Positions 8,086-20,089 are shown, counted from the stretch's first letter. The stretch is DNA of 33,633 nucleotides from Wenzhouxiangellaceae bacterium (GCA_023258355.1 JALQZL010000003.1:3165-36797), one strand, 5' to 3'. Made by a program: numbers and translations. The notes: generated by a model not told the origin, from the letters alone.

Positions 8086-9225
8086 ATGAGTGTAGTTATT
8101 GGAGTGCTCAAGGAGACGGCAACAGGCGAACGGCGGGTCGGGTTGGATCCCAGTGCGGTCGCCAAATTGATGGCACAAGGCCATGAAGTGGTGATCGAAT
8201 CAGGTGCAGGCACTCAAGCAGGTTTCCCTGACCAACACACGCTGTGGGCAGAGGCCACGTGGGTCAATGATGCCAAATCAGTGGCCGAGAGATCAGACAT
8301 TGTGGTCTGTGTGCAAAGACCACCGGTTGAAACAATTCAGGCGATGAAAGCGGATGGATTGCTGGTGGGCCAATTAAACCCCTATCGTGATGCGAAGACG
8401 CTTAGCCAATCGACAAGCCAGCCAATTTCAATGATCTCGATGGAACTTGTTCCAAGGATCACACGGGCTCAAGCCATGGATGTCTTGTCTTCACAAGCCA
8501 CGGTCGCAGGCTACAAAGCGGTCATATTGGCAGCTGAAATCTCACCCCGCCTATTCCCCATGCTGACCACCGCCGCCGGCACGCTACGGCCAGCCAAAGC
8601 CGTGGTCATCGGTGCAGGGGTTGCCGGCCTTCAAGCGATCGCGACCTGCAGGCGATTGGGCGCACAGGTCGAAGCCTACGATATACGCAAAGCAGCCAGA
8701 GAGCAGGTAGAGTCTTTGGGCGCACAAATGATTGATACCGGTGTAGATGCGCAAACTGAAGGCGGTTATGCCCGAGAGCTCACTGAAGAAGAAAAGAAAC
8801 AGCAAGCACAAACGCTGGCCAGCCATCTGGCCAAAGCCGATGTGGTCATTGCCACTGCCGCCATCCCAGGTCGACCTGCACCACGGATCATCACCAAAGC
8901 CATGGTCGAAGGCATGGCCTCAGGTTCTGTCATTGTTGATATGGCCGCAGAGACAGGCGGCAATTGTGAACTGACAAAACAAGATCAACTGACAGATCAT
9001 CAAGGTGTGTTAATCCACGGGCCAATCAATCTCCCGAGCATGGCGCCCCTGCATGCCTCAGAAATGTACGCCAAAAATATCTCGAACCTCATGGGTCTGA
9101 TGCTCAAAGCCGATCAATTGGTGGTTGATCTTGATGATGAGGTCATCCAAGGCTGTTTGATCATGCACTCAGGCCAATGGGTCCATCCCCAGATAACGCC
9201 AGATGATGTCTCGGAGGGTAAGTAA
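8086..9225 (+). CDS. pntA: NAD(P) transhydrogenase subunit alpha, part 1 (domain I)
   Basis: VPRITRAQAMDVLSSQ, FPMLTTAAGT, VIGAGVAGLQAIAT, GGYARE, ETGGNCE; start at ATG 8086 after GAGGT. Confidence 0.96.
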   Translation: MSVVIGVLKETATGERRVGLDPSAVAKLMAQGHEVVIESGAGTQAGFPDQHTLWAEATWVNDAKSVAERSDIVVCVQRPPVETIQAMKADGLLVGQLNPYRDAKTLSQSTSQPISMISMELVPRITRAQAMDVLSSQATVAGYKAVILAAEISPRLFPMLTTAAGTLRPAKAVVIGAGVAGLQAIATCRRLGAQVEAYDIRKAAREQVESLGAQMIDTGVDAQTEGGYARELTEEEKKQQAQTLASHLAKADVVIATAAIPGRPAPRIITKAMVEGMASGSVIVDMAAETGGNCELTKQDQLTDHQGVLIHGPINLPSMAPLHASEMYAKNISNLMGLMLKADQLVVDLDDEVIQGCLIMHSGQWVHPQITPDDVSEGK

Positions 9226-9515
9226 TGGAAGGTTGGGTTGCGCTTTACATATTCATGCTGGCGGCATTCACTGGCATTGAGATCATCGCTCGTGTGCCTG
9301 CTATCTTGCATACGCCTTTGATGTCTGGATCTAACTTTATCCATGGCATTGTCTTAGTCGGTGCCATGGTCATTTTGGGAATGGCCTCAACCACCATCGA
9401 AATAGCCGTGGGGTTTTTGGCCGTTGTCCTTGCAGCCGGCAACGTGGTTGGTGGCTATGTGGTCACCGATCGCATGCTTGAGATGTTTAAATCATCAGGC
9501 CAAAAGAAGGAATAA
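9225..9515 (+). CDS. pntA: NAD(P) transhydrogenase subunit alpha, part 2 (membrane)
   Basis: VPAILHTPLMSGSNFIHG, NVVGGYVVTDRMLEMFK; TAATG coupling with part 1. Confidence 0.96.
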   Translation: MEGWVALYIFMLAAFTGIEIIARVPAILHTPLMSGSNFIHGIVLVGAMVILGMASTTIEIAVGFLAVVLAAGNVVGGYVVTDRMLEMFKSSGQKKE

Positions 9516-9518
9516 GGC

Positions 9519-10916
9519 ATGGGCACTGTACTCGATTTCATTGTACCCGCTGCCTACTTTATCGCTGCGGTGATGTTCATTTATGGCCTGAAAGCCATGA
9601 GTTCTCCTGTGACTGCCAGACGAGGGATTATTTGGTCTGGTGTGGCGATGGCCGTGGCCGTGTTGGTCACTTTTATTCACCCGAAAGTCGAAGGCAATTA
9701 CACGCTGATGGTGGTGGCGATTGTCCTCGGTGGAGGCGCGGCTTGGCTCAGCGCACGACGCGTGGCCATGACCGATATGCCTCAGATGATCGCACTGTAC
9801 AACGGCATGGGTGGAGGCGCAGCGGCTGCGATTGCTGGGGTAGAGCTTCTAAAACTGACCAGTGGCGCAGTCACCTTAGATCAAGTCACGTTGATACTGG
9901 CTGTCTTGGGCGGGATCATCGGCGCCATTGCTTTCAGTGGGTCTTTGATCGCCTTTGCCAAACTGCAAGGTTGGATGAAGAAATCGTGGCGATTTACTGG
10001 TCAACAAGCCTTGAATGCGGGTGTGTTTATCGCCCTATTGATGATGGGTGGTGTGCTGACCTTCTTTGAACCCACACCCGAGATCCTCGCGCTATTCTTC
10101 CTCACCGCTTTGGTGATGGGTGTTTTGATGACTGTGCCGATTGGTGGCGCAGATATGCCAGTGGTGATCTCTCTTTACAATGCACTGACTGGTTTGGCTG
10201 TGGGCTTTGAGGGTTATGTCCTCCAAAACCCAGCCATGATGATTGCTGGCATTGTCGTGGGCGCGGCGGGTTCTTTGCTGACCCAGTTGATGGCCAAGTC
10301 CATGAACCGGTCATTGAGTAATGTGCTGTTTGCCGGCTTTGGCAAAGCCGATGAGGGCAGTGAGGGCATGGCGGCCAGCGGTGAAATGAAAGCCATTGAT
10401 GCCACCGATGCCAGCATCCAACTGGCGTATGCGGAAAAAGTCATCATTGTGCCCGGTTATGGGCTGGCGGTGGCACAGGCGCAGCATAAGATCTGGGAAT
10501 TAACGGAGCTTCTTCAAGCCCGTGGTGTGAAGGTGAGTTTTGCCATTCACCCCGTGGCTGGTCGAATGCCTGGCCACATGAATGTCCTCTTGGCAGAGGC
10601 AGGTGTGCCCTATGACCTGATCTATGATTTGGAAGACATCAACGCCCAATTCCCCACCACAGATGTGGCCTTGGTGATTGGTGCCAATGATGTGGTCAAT
10701 CCCGCAGCGCGCAAAGATACCTCAAGTCCGATTTACGGGATGCCCATCTTGGATGTCGACAAGGCCAAGAATTGTATTGTTATCAAGCGCGGCCAGGGCA
10801 CTGGTTTTTCTGGCATTGAAAACCTCTTATTCTTCGAAGACAACACGCGCATGCTCTATGGTGATGCTCAGAAAGTGGCTCAAGGGCTGATTGCTGGCAT
10901 TAAATCACTGGGATAA
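9519..10916 (+). CDS. pntB: NAD(P) transhydrogenase subunit beta
   Basis: MTDMPQMIALYNGMGG, PIGGADMPVVISL, IHPVAGRMPGHMNVLLAEA, IGANDVVNPAA, SPIYGMP. Confidence 0.98.
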   Translation: MGTVLDFIVPAAYFIAAVMFIYGLKAMSSPVTARRGIIWSGVAMAVAVLVTFIHPKVEGNYTLMVVAIVLGGGAAWLSARRVAMTDMPQMIALYNGMGGGAAAAIAGVELLKLTSGAVTLDQVTLILAVLGGIIGAIAFSGSLIAFAKLQGWMKKSWRFTGQQALNAGVFIALLMMGGVLTFFEPTPEILALFFLTALVMGVLMTVPIGGADMPVVISLYNALTGLAVGFEGYVLQNPAMMIAGIVVGAAGSLLTQLMAKSMNRSLSNVLFAGFGKADEGSEGMAASGEMKAIDATDASIQLAYAEKVIIVPGYGLAVAQAQHKIWELTELLQARGVKVSFAIHPVAGRMPGHMNVLLAEAGVPYDLIYDLEDINAQFPTTDVALVIGANDVVNPAARKDTSSPIYGMPILDVDKAKNCIVIKRGQGTGFSGIENLLFFEDNTRMLYGDAQKVAQGLIAGIKSLG

Positions 10917-10923
10917 TCGGCCC

Positions 10924-12615
10924 ATGGCAGGGCATCGCGTATTGAAGTCTTTGACCGCTGGCTTGTGTGCTGTGGTGATGCTGGGGGCCTGTCAAACCAG
11001 TGAGACCGTCGGTTCTGAGGATATCCATCCGTGGCTAAATCAGGTGGATCTCGAGACCAGCTATCTGATTGCCAATCGAGACCCTCTAAGCGATGCGGCG
11101 TTTGATCGTTGGGTGGGTAGTTTTTGGCCGGTGATCCTTTACTGGCTGGATGCTGAGTTCGACACACTCGATGGCCGATGGGAAAATTGGCTTGCGAAAC
11201 ACAAGACCAGTCAAGGCTGGCGTGAGACAGGCATAAACCCGAACGGGTATTGGATTGTCTACGAGGATGCATCGATACCCACCGCCAAACTTCCGCTCGA
11301 TGACCCCTCCCGTTTTTGGGCCACGCTCACCAGTCTTGGGCTGCCTGAACCGATGGCCGTACAAGGCGAACGTGATGCCCTCACGGTGCCTGCTCAGGAG
11401 ATCACCATCCCTTTGCCAGCATCATTGACCTTGGGTGAGTATGCATCAGGGCATCCATGGTCACTCAACCTACACACCCAAGCCGACTGGCTAACCATGC
11501 GATTGATTCCTTCGGTGGAGGGATTGAGTCAGCCCCCATCTGGACTCACAGGAGACTTCAGCGAGCCTGTCGCCACTTGGTCGCACCAGTCATGGGAAAC
11601 ATTCCTTGATGCGCATACGATTGTGGGACCAATCGGAGGCTTGATCAGGCCCTCCAAAGCCATGGACTCACGACAACTGCCCACCTTAGCCTGTCAAACA
11701 CAATGGGCAGCATGGGACCAAACTTCCCCGCAGGTTATTTTTGGGACACCGGTGCTTGATGCCACAACCCTCGAGTTCTTGGTTCGCTATCAAGCGACGG
11801 ATTATCCCTTGGCCAGCCTTGAGACTGATCCGCTCATCTCATCCAATGTTGCCTCAGCATTGCATGCTGAGGTGGCTGGGATTGGCCTGGCATTGGATGT
11901 CAGCAGCGTGCAAACGCAAATGCTGGGCGTACTTAATTCGGGGAGAGCATTTAGAGATGAATGTGTCCACTCCACTGTTGAGACATGGAATCAGACGGTG
12001 CCTGCTGACTTGACCTCTCAGCCTATTCCACCGGTGGCGTCATCCGTTCAGGGTCTGGTCAGTCGGCTTGATGAGTGGCAGATTCATGTACCGGGAAATG
12101 AACCATCGGTTCGTTTCTTGACAGAAATTTATCTCAGCAATCCGATGTTCTTGGTGGGTTTGGCACAAATGCTCTCACCAGAATTAGCAGGTCTGAACTT
12201 GATGCCCAACCAACCAGCTCAAAAAGTGCCCCGCCGATTGCTTCAGCCATTCACCTCTGCCCCCGTCTATCTGTCGACGACACCCACCAGTATTCGAGCG
12301 AGCTCCCATGACAAGCTCCCTGAGCCAAGTGCCATGGCACAGGCCCACGCTAACTTGAACACCACCCCTTTATGGGCTGCGGGGGTTGTCAACTTTCAGC
12401 GTTTGTCTGAGCTTGAGGCGTCTATCCAAGAGCTTGGTGTTTTACCCCCAAGTGATGAGACGTTCTCATCCATCAATCAGCTGGCACAAGCGTTGGATCT
12501 GGGACGATTGAGCTGGCGGTTTGGGCCGACACCTGATGGCCTAGAGACTTGGCTCAAAATTGAGGGACGACTCGAGCCAATCCCTCATCAGGTCAGGCAA
12601 GACTCAGGCAAGTAA
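10924..12615 (+). CDS. Hypothetical lipoprotein
   Basis: Long ORF filling the gap. From ATG 10924 it has the signal peptide MAGHRVLKSLTAGLCAVVMLGAC with lipobox LGAC. No family recognised. Confidence 0.75.
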   Translation: MAGHRVLKSLTAGLCAVVMLGACQTSETVGSEDIHPWLNQVDLETSYLIANRDPLSDAAFDRWVGSFWPVILYWLDAEFDTLDGRWENWLAKHKTSQGWRETGINPNGYWIVYEDASIPTAKLPLDDPSRFWATLTSLGLPEPMAVQGERDALTVPAQEITIPLPASLTLGEYASGHPWSLNLHTQADWLTMRLIPSVEGLSQPPSGLTGDFSEPVATWSHQSWETFLDAHTIVGPIGGLIRPSKAMDSRQLPTLACQTQWAAWDQTSPQVIFGTPVLDATTLEFLVRYQATDYPLASLETDPLISSNVASALHAEVAGIGLALDVSSVQTQMLGVLNSGRAFRDECVHSTVETWNQTVPADLTSQPIPPVASSVQGLVSRLDEWQIHVPGNEPSVRFLTEIYLSNPMFLVGLAQMLSPELAGLNLMPNQPAQKVPRRLLQPFTSAPVYLSTTPTSIRASSHDKLPEPSAMAQAHANLNTTPLWAAGVVNFQRLSELEASIQELGVLPPSDETFSSINQLAQALDLGRLSWRFGPTPDGLETWLKIEGRLEPIPHQVRQDSGK

Positions 12616-13275
12616 GGCACGCACCATGGGAATGGTGATGGCACGTCGTTCACTCAGCGCTTGTTGCATTAATTGTGTCATTAGCTCACTGAGTTCACTG
12701 GCATTTCTTTTGGTTCGACTCACCAGATAGTTGGCGACTTCCTCGGGCATTTGCATGTCTTGGTCTTGTGCCAACCGACAGACCAGTGTTTTGAGATCTG
12801 ACTCATCAAGTGGCTTGAGGGTGAGTCGGGTCGACTGGCCCAACCGAGAGCCCAAATCAGGTAGCTCAATGCCTGCCAAACTCACCGCACTCATGATCAC
12901 AGTGGAACGCGCTAATCGCCATCGATTAAGTGCATTAAACAAGGACCGTTCCCCATCATCATCGCCTGCCAGGTGATCCACATCATCGATCACGATCCAA
13001 GGGGATGTCAGGTTATCTAATAGTGCCCAATGCTTCAGATCAGAAAGACGGAGATAAGCCACATCCTCTTCCTGTTGCACAAGAGATTGAAAGCAGGCGG
13101 CCAATAAATGGCTTGATCCACTTCCGGTCGGGCCCATGAGCAAATACCACTCACCGGGTATCAGACCGTGCTGAAGGGTGGCCACCACGGATTGATTCTG
13201 GCCAACGATGAAATTATCAAAGCTGGGGCGTCTGGGTGGCTTGAGGGACAGCGGCATCTGCCGCATCTCGGTCAT
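12604..13275 (-). CDS. hda: DnaA regulatory inactivator Hda
   Basis: Clamp-binding-like QMPLSL, SFDNFIVGQN, Walker B VIDDVD, LFNALNR, LPDLGSRL, RAITIP; usual purM neighbourhood. Confidence 0.88.
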   Translation of the reverse strand: MTEMRQMPLSLKPPRRPSFDNFIVGQNQSVVATLQHGLIPGEWYLLMGPTGSGSSHLLAACFQSLVQQEEDVAYLRLSDLKHWALLDNLTSPWIVIDDVDHLAGDDDGERSLFNALNRWRLARSTVIMSAVSLAGIELPDLGSRLGQSTRLTLKPLDESDLKTLVCRLAQDQDMQMPEEVANYLVSRTKRNASELSELMTQLMQQALSERRAITIPMVRALLA

Positions 13276-13841
13276 GGGGCAACCTCACTTTGGTGAGAAC
13301 GCTGCCAAGCCCGACGACCCCACACCCACACATATTGGCATAAAGTCGCCAGCGTCAGAATGGCCACACCCACCAGCGCACCGTACTCCAGCCATGCAGG
13401 CATCGATACGCCGATGAGCAAACTCAATTCAAGCCAAATTAACACCAGCTGACTTAAGGTGGTGATTTTAGACAGCACACTTGGCTTTGCATGGAAGCGA
13501 CCGAAGAGATACCGATAAATGGAAGCGCCCACAATGATGATCACGTCTTTACCAATCACCAAAGCACTCAGCCAGATGGGTAACACAGCAAGGTAGGCCA
13601 ACGTAATATAGCTGGCGCTCAGCATCAATTTATCCGCAAGCGGGTCAGCCCAGCCCCCAAAGTGGCTCTGCCATTGATAGCGACGGGCCAAGTAACCATC
13701 GAGCACATCAGAAAGCCCAGAAAGCACGGCAAACAAGAATGCCCACCCGTAAAATCCCGCCACCATAAACCACACCAATGGCACCACCCCGATAATGCGA
13801 GTCACGGTCAACAAATTGGGGAGGAATCGCCATGAAAACAT
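13272..13841 (-). CDS. CDP-alcohol phosphatidyltransferase family protein
   Basis: LPNLLTVTR and signature DVLDGYLARR...GGWADPLADK; multiple hydrophobic helices. Confidence 0.92.
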   Translation of the reverse strand: MFSWRFLPNLLTVTRIIGVVPLVWFMVAGFYGWAFLFAVLSGLSDVLDGYLARRYQWQSHFGGWADPLADKLMLSASYITLAYLAVLPIWLSALVIGKDVIIIVGASIYRYLFGRFHAKPSVLSKITTLSQLVLIWLELSLLIGVSMPAWLEYGALVGVAILTLATLCQYVWVWGRRAWQRSHQSEVAP

Positions 13842-13852
13842 GCCAAGAAAAC

Positions 13853-14902
13853 CTATTTCAATCGAAGTTCAATCGACCCATCGGCTTCAGTCGTGACCAC
13901 ATCGAGGACCTGTCCCACTGCCAAGACATCCATCAGCCCCTCACCGCGGAGCACCAGAGAGAACTCGAGTTCCGTGCCCGAGGCTTGGACCAATCGAACT
14001 GATTCAACCACACTGAGCCCCCGAAGATAACGCAACACCTCAGCATACTGGACAGGGTCTGTCATCCCTGAAATGCGAACCCGTTCTTCTCGGCTGATCG
14101 CATTGTTGAGATCTGTGGCATAACGCCGAACCATGGCCTGTAGCAACGCCTTAAAGACGCCATCTAGAACATCATCCACTGATTCGCCTAAGAATGTTTG
14201 GCCACCATCCAGTCCATCGATACGCCAAAATGCGCGGAGCAACCACTGATCACCATCTGTCCGAAAATCAAGCATAAGGCCAACTGAAGCGCCATATCTC
14301 GTCAAGCCTGCGCCGAGCTGTTCTAAAAATCCCCCTCGAATGTCTGCAATGCTGATCTCTGAGAGATCTAAGGCATCGGCTAACGGTCGAACCAAGTCCA
14401 AACCATAGCGGCGCCCCATCTCACTCATTTGCTGCTCCACGTAGGGATCATCTAAAAGCGTGGCTTGAAGTGTTTCCTGAATCACCGCCCAAACCAGAAT
14501 ACTTGCCCGTTCTCTACCCCACCGTGGTAGCGCATTGCTAGATAGCAACTCATCGATGGCCATGGGATCAAATTCGACCCGCTCCCGAATTTCTCGTTGT
14601 AACTGGCCTGAACCGTCTACCCAACGACGCTCAACAATTTGACGAGACTGAATCAGGGTGGGCAAATCACGCTCTGTCAAAGCCAGCTGATCTCTGGCGT
14701 TTTCGACGCCAGTCAATCTAAAGAGCACTTCATCTAGGGCCCTTAGCTGGGCCTGGACATTGACCAGCCCCACTTCGTCAACTGGCGCCTCACCGACATA
14801 GAGATCTTCCATGAGTGCCGCTTTGGCTGTTGTCACCATACAAAGCAGGCAGACCAACCAGACCGTTGAGGTGAGATATTTAGAAAAGACAGGTGCGTTC
14901 AT
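13853..14902 (-). CDS. DUF2066 domain-containing exported protein
   Basis: Signal peptide, then DLY...ALDEVLFRLTG, FDPMAID, LPRWGRERASILVW, YLRGLSVVESV; divergent from purM as is typical. Start could be 14902 or 14929. Confidence 0.8.
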   Translation of the reverse strand: MNAPVFSKYLTSTVWLVCLLCMVTTAKAALMEDLYVGEAPVDEVGLVNVQAQLRALDEVLFRLTGVENARDQLALTERDLPTLIQSRQIVERRWVDGSGQLQREIRERVEFDPMAIDELLSSNALPRWGRERASILVWAVIQETLQATLLDDPYVEQQMSEMGRRYGLDLVRPLADALDLSEISIADIRGGFLEQLGAGLTRYGASVGLMLDFRTDGDQWLLRAFWRIDGLDGGQTFLGESVDDVLDGVFKALLQAMVRRYATDLNNAISREERVRISGMTDPVQYAEVLRYLRGLSVVESVRLVQASGTELEFSLVLRGEGLMDVLAVGQVLDVVTTEADGSIELRLK

Positions 14903-14992
14903 GGCCTTGAAACGATACCATAAGGACAAGTGGCTGGGTCATTTACACACACCCACCCTACGCTTTTGACACAAACACGGCGATTTTGACTC

Positions 14993-16042
14993 ATGTCATC
15001 AAAAACCCCCTTAACCTACAAAGATGCTGGTGTTGATATCCACGCGGGCAATGCGTTGGTGGACCAAATCAAACCGGCTGTCAAGAGAACCTCACGGCCT
15101 GAGGTCATGGGGGGACTGGGTGGATTTGGTGGCCTTTTCCATCTTGGGCAAAAGTATCAAGACCCTGTCTTGGTCTCCGGCACTGATGGTGTGGGCACCA
15201 AGTTGTTGTTGGCTCAGACCCATCAACGCCTGGATACCTTAGGCATTGATTTGGTTGCCATGTGTGTCAACGACATTCTGGTTTGCGGCGCGGAGCCTCT
15301 TTTCTTTCTCGACTACTTTGCCTGTGGGCAATTAAATGTCGATGAGGCTGCGCGTGTAATTCAAGGCATTGCACAGGGTTGCGAACAGGCCGGCTGTGCA
15401 CTGATCGGTGGTGAGACAGCAGAAATGCCGGGCATGTACGCACCCGGAGAATTCGACCTGGCCGGATTTGCTGTGGGTGCCGTCGAACGGGCAGCATTGA
15501 TTGGTGGTGAACACATTGGGATTGGCGATCATCTGATTGGCTTGGCCTCGACGGGGCCACATAGCAACGGTTACTCGCTGATTCGACGGATTATTGAACG
15601 TGCGCCAGACGATATCCATCAGACTGTGGGTGAGCAATCGATTCTGGACGCACTGCTGGCACCGACCCAGATTTATGTCAATCTGATTCAGTCCCTGCTC
15701 GCAGCCCATCCTCAGGCAATTCATGGCATGGCGCACATTACTGGCGGTGGCTTAACAGAGAACATCATCCGAGTTGTCCCAGAAAAGATGGGTATCGTCC
15801 TTGATGTGGACGCATGGACCATGCCGCCTGTCTTTGAGTGGTTACAAACACAAGGCTCTCTTGCGCCAGAGGAAATGCGACAGACCTTCAACCAAGGCAT
15901 TGGCTATGTCCTCATCTGTGCGCCAGACAAAAGTGACGAAATCTTGCATGCCGTCAAGAACGCGAGTGACATCGGCGCTCATCTGATTGGGGAGGTTGTG
16001 GCGCAGACGGGACCATCGCGAGTCAGCTACAGTGATGAGTAA
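14993..16042 (+). CDS. purM: Phosphoribosylformylglycinamidine cyclo-ligase
   Basis: [53 protein letters not shown]. Confidence 0.98.
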   Translation: MSSKTPLTYKDAGVDIHAGNALVDQIKPAVKRTSRPEVMGGLGGFGGLFHLGQKYQDPVLVSGTDGVGTKLLLAQTHQRLDTLGIDLVAMCVNDILVCGAEPLFFLDYFACGQLNVDEAARVIQGIAQGCEQAGCALIGGETAEMPGMYAPGEFDLAGFAVGAVERAALIGGEHIGIGDHLIGLASTGPHSNGYSLIRRIIERAPDDIHQTVGEQSILDALLAPTQIYVNLIQSLLAAHPQAIHGMAHITGGGLTENIIRVVPEKMGIVLDVDAWTMPPVFEWLQTQGSLAPEEMRQTFNQGIGYVLICAPDKSDEILHAVKNASDIGAHLIGEVVAQTGPSRVSYSDE

Positions 16043-16727
16043 GGCGTCTCCTGCTCGGCTCGTGGTCCTCATCTCTGGCCGAGGGAGTAATTTAGAAGCC
16101 ATACACACGGGCATCAGCGATCAAATCATTCCATCAGCAGTGCTTGCGGGCGTTATCAGTGACCAGCCCCGGGCCCCAGGCCTTGAAAAAGCCCGTGCGT
16201 GGAATATTCCAACCAGAGTCATTGAGCGCCAACAGATGGATTCCAAGCAAGCCTTTGAGTCGGCGTTGTTACATGCGGTCGAAGAATTCTCAGCCGACTG
16301 GATCATTCTGGCTGGCTTCATGCGCGTACTAAGCCCGGCATTCTTGTCGGGTCTTTCTAGCCACACGCTGAATATTCACCCTTCGCTATTGCCCAAGTAT
16401 CGTGGTTTAGACACACATCAAAGGGCCTTGGATGCGGAGGATACCCTCCATGGTGCCAGCATTCACTTTGTCACACCGGAACTCGATGGCGGCCCAGTCC
16501 TCAGTCAAGTCCAGGTTTCAGTGCGTGCGGAGGATACAGCCGAATCTCTTGCTAGGCGCCTTTTGCCCTATGAACACAAACTCATGATCGCCACTATGGC
16601 ACTATTGATGCGCCATGCGGTCCAATGTGTTGATGAGTCGATTTATATTGATGGAAACTTGCTTGAGAAACCTCTCACGCTGGGTGTTGATCTCAGTCAT
16701 CACGGTGAGTGCAGCTTGGGCGGCTGA
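16035..16727 (+). CDS. purN: Phosphoribosylglycinamide formyltransferase
   Basis: [38 protein letters not shown]; start at ATG 16035 overlapping the purM stop. Confidence 0.96.
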   Translation: MSKASPARLVVLISGRGSNLEAIHTGISDQIIPSAVLAGVISDQPRAPGLEKARAWNIPTRVIERQQMDSKQAFESALLHAVEEFSADWIILAGFMRVLSPAFLSGLSSHTLNIHPSLLPKYRGLDTHQRALDAEDTLHGASIHFVTPELDGGPVLSQVQVSVRAEDTAESLARRLLPYEHKLMIATMALLMRHAVQCVDESIYIDGNLLEKPLTLGVDLSHHGECSLGG

Positions 16728-17457
16728 CGAGGAGCTCTCAGCCCAAAATCCAGCACCTATTCCAGCCCATCAAGCCACTTATGATGTCTTTTTCAATGGC
16801 AAACCGGTCGGCGAAATTCATTTTCAACTTGAGAAAGCGAATGAGGCAGTTTGGTATGTGAGAACAGAATCTAAAGCGACCGCCTTCTTGGCCAAAACAT
16901 TGGGGAGCGAGGTGACTGAAGCCAGTCATTTTTACTGGTCGCGTCATACCACCCACCCTAAGCTCATCCCGCTGACTTACCATCACGTCTCCAAGGAACC
17001 ATTACGAACCCGGTTTTGGCAACACCGCATTGATTGGCAAACAGCCACCTCACAGACGGCCACCCATGAAGGCGATGAAGTGATCTCATTGCCAGAGGGC
17101 GTGTTAGATCCTTTGACACTCCGCCTGCAATTGGCGTCTGATCTCAAGCACTCCTCGGCCCCAGATCTGGACCGTCACTATGTTGTTTTAGACCGGGATG
17201 ACATAGAGAAACAGACAGTGTTGGCCAAAGGTAAGGAACAAATCACAGTGGAAGCTGGCTGTTTTGAGACCCATCACTTCTACCGTTTTCGTAAAGAGGG
17301 CTCCTCCAGAAACTACGATTTGTGGTTGTCACCATCGCTTTATTGGATGCCTGTGAAAATGAAGCAGACCGATGGCAGCCGAGAAATTAGCATTGAATTA
17401 CGACAGACCGATCTCACCCCATCTGATAGGGCGTGCGTGGGCACTGCTGAACCGTAA
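16651..17457 (+). CDS. DUF3108 domain-containing exported protein
   Basis: Signal peptide ending AWA, ATYDV, LDPLTL, EQITVEAGCFET, LWLSPSLYWMPVKM; follows purN. Start uncertain. Confidence 0.75.
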   Translation: METCLRNLSRWVLISVITVSAAWAADEELSAQNPAPIPAHQATYDVFFNGKPVGEIHFQLEKANEAVWYVRTESKATAFLAKTLGSEVTEASHFYWSRHTTHPKLIPLTYHHVSKEPLRTRFWQHRIDWQTATSQTATHEGDEVISLPEGVLDPLTLRLQLASDLKHSSAPDLDRHYVVLDRDDIEKQTVLAKGKEQITVEAGCFETHHFYRFRKEGSSRNYDLWLSPSLYWMPVKMKQTDGSREISIELRQTDLTPSDRACVGTAEP

Positions 17458-17468
17458 AGTCACCCTTA

Positions 17469-18976
<1,508 letters not shown>

Positions 18977-19102
18977 GTGGGCGCTTGATATCACCAGATC
19001 AGATTGACTAAAGAATTGAGTGTAACCGATTGATGATTCTCGCTTGAGAAAAACACAAGCACTCAACTAACATCGACCAGCCATGGAGCCCCCCTAAACA
19101 AC

Positions 19103-20089
19103 GTGTTAGCCGAATTACTCATCGCCAGTGTCCAACTGATTGCCGGATTTGTGCTCTTGATCTGGGCAGCGGACCGTCTTGTTGCGGGAAGTTCGGCACT
19201 GGCTGCCCACTTTGGCGTCTCCCCACTGGTGATTGGCATTACGTTGGTGGGTTTTGGCACCTCGGCGCCTGAAATGGTTGTTTCTGCCATCGCTTCATTG
19301 GAAGGCAATCCTGCACTGGCCATTGGTAATGCCCTCGGCTCTAATACAGCCAATATTGGCCTCATCTTAGGCGTCACAGCCTTAATTTATCCTCTGTCGA
19401 TCCAGCGAAGCACCATGCGACGCGAATTCCCTGTTCTCCTAGGGGTGATGGCGATCACGGCCTTGATGATGTGGAACCTAGACTTCACCCGACTCGAGGG
19501 TCTGATCTTGCTCTCAGTATTATTGGCGCTCATTCTGGTCATGGTGATCTACAGCATTAAACATCCCTCTGATAATCATCAGCTCGAGCATTTGACTGAG
19601 GATATTCCGGTGAAGATGGACAACTCCATTGCAATCACTTGGACTATCGTGGGCATTGTCGTCCTCCCTATCAGCGCTCATATCCTGGTGACTGGCGCTG
19701 TGTCTCTGGCGACTTTGGCGGGTGTATCAGAGGCAGTTGTGGGCCTGACGATCGTTGCGCTTGGCACCAGCCTACCGGAATTGGCGGCCGCAGCAGCCAG
19801 TGCTTTCAAGCGAGAGGATGATTTAGCGATTGGCAATATTCTTGGCTCGAATATCTTCAATCTGTTGGGTGTCTTGGGGATTTCAGCCTTTGTTGCCCCC
19901 ATGGCCATCGAGGCAGAATTGGTACAACGGGATCTTCTGGTGATGTTTGGCATGACAGGCCTGTTGGCTTTGCTGGTTTGGCGTAGAGAAGGCGTGGGCA
20001 AAATCACCCGCGTCAGTGGTGGCGTTTTATTGGCGTTTTTCGTGATCTATCAAGTAGCGATTGTCCGAACGGCACTGATCGGTGGATAA
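19103..20089 (+). CDS. yrbG: Calcium/sodium antiporter (CaCA family, YrbG-like)
   Basis: Alpha repeats GTSAPE and GTSLPE, GNALGSN and GNILGSNIFN; upstream of kdsD. Confidence 0.92.
   Translation: MLAELLIASVQLIAGFVLLIWAADRLVAGSSALAAHFGVSPLVIGITLVGFGTSAPEMVVSAIASLEGNPALAIGNALGSNTANIGLILGVTALIYPLSIQRSTMRREFPVLLGVMAITALMMWNLDFTRLEGLILLSVLLALILVMVIYSIKHPSDNHQLEHLTEDIPVKMDNSIAITWTIVGIVVLPISAHILVTGAVSLATLAGVSEAVVGLTIVALGTSLPELAAAAASAFKREDDLAIGNILGSNIFNLLGVLGISAFVAPMAIEAELVQRDLLVMFGMTGLLALLVWRREGVGKITRVSGGVLLAFFVIYQVAIVRTALIGG

Noticed and set aside
8086-9515. Split pntA as a frameshift or pseudogene
   Set aside because: Three-subunit transhydrogenases are well known, and part 2 has its own RBS and TAATG coupling.
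19016-19066. Nested inverted repeat TTGAGTG...TTCTC-GCTT-GAGAA...CACTCAA
   Set aside because: Short arms and no recognisable RNA family or operator; plausible by chance in an AT-rich promoter region.
18977-19377. Extended BolA start (19066) and antisense ORF 19063-19377
   Set aside because: BolA similarity begins at ATG 18976; the other ORF is antisense to yrbG.
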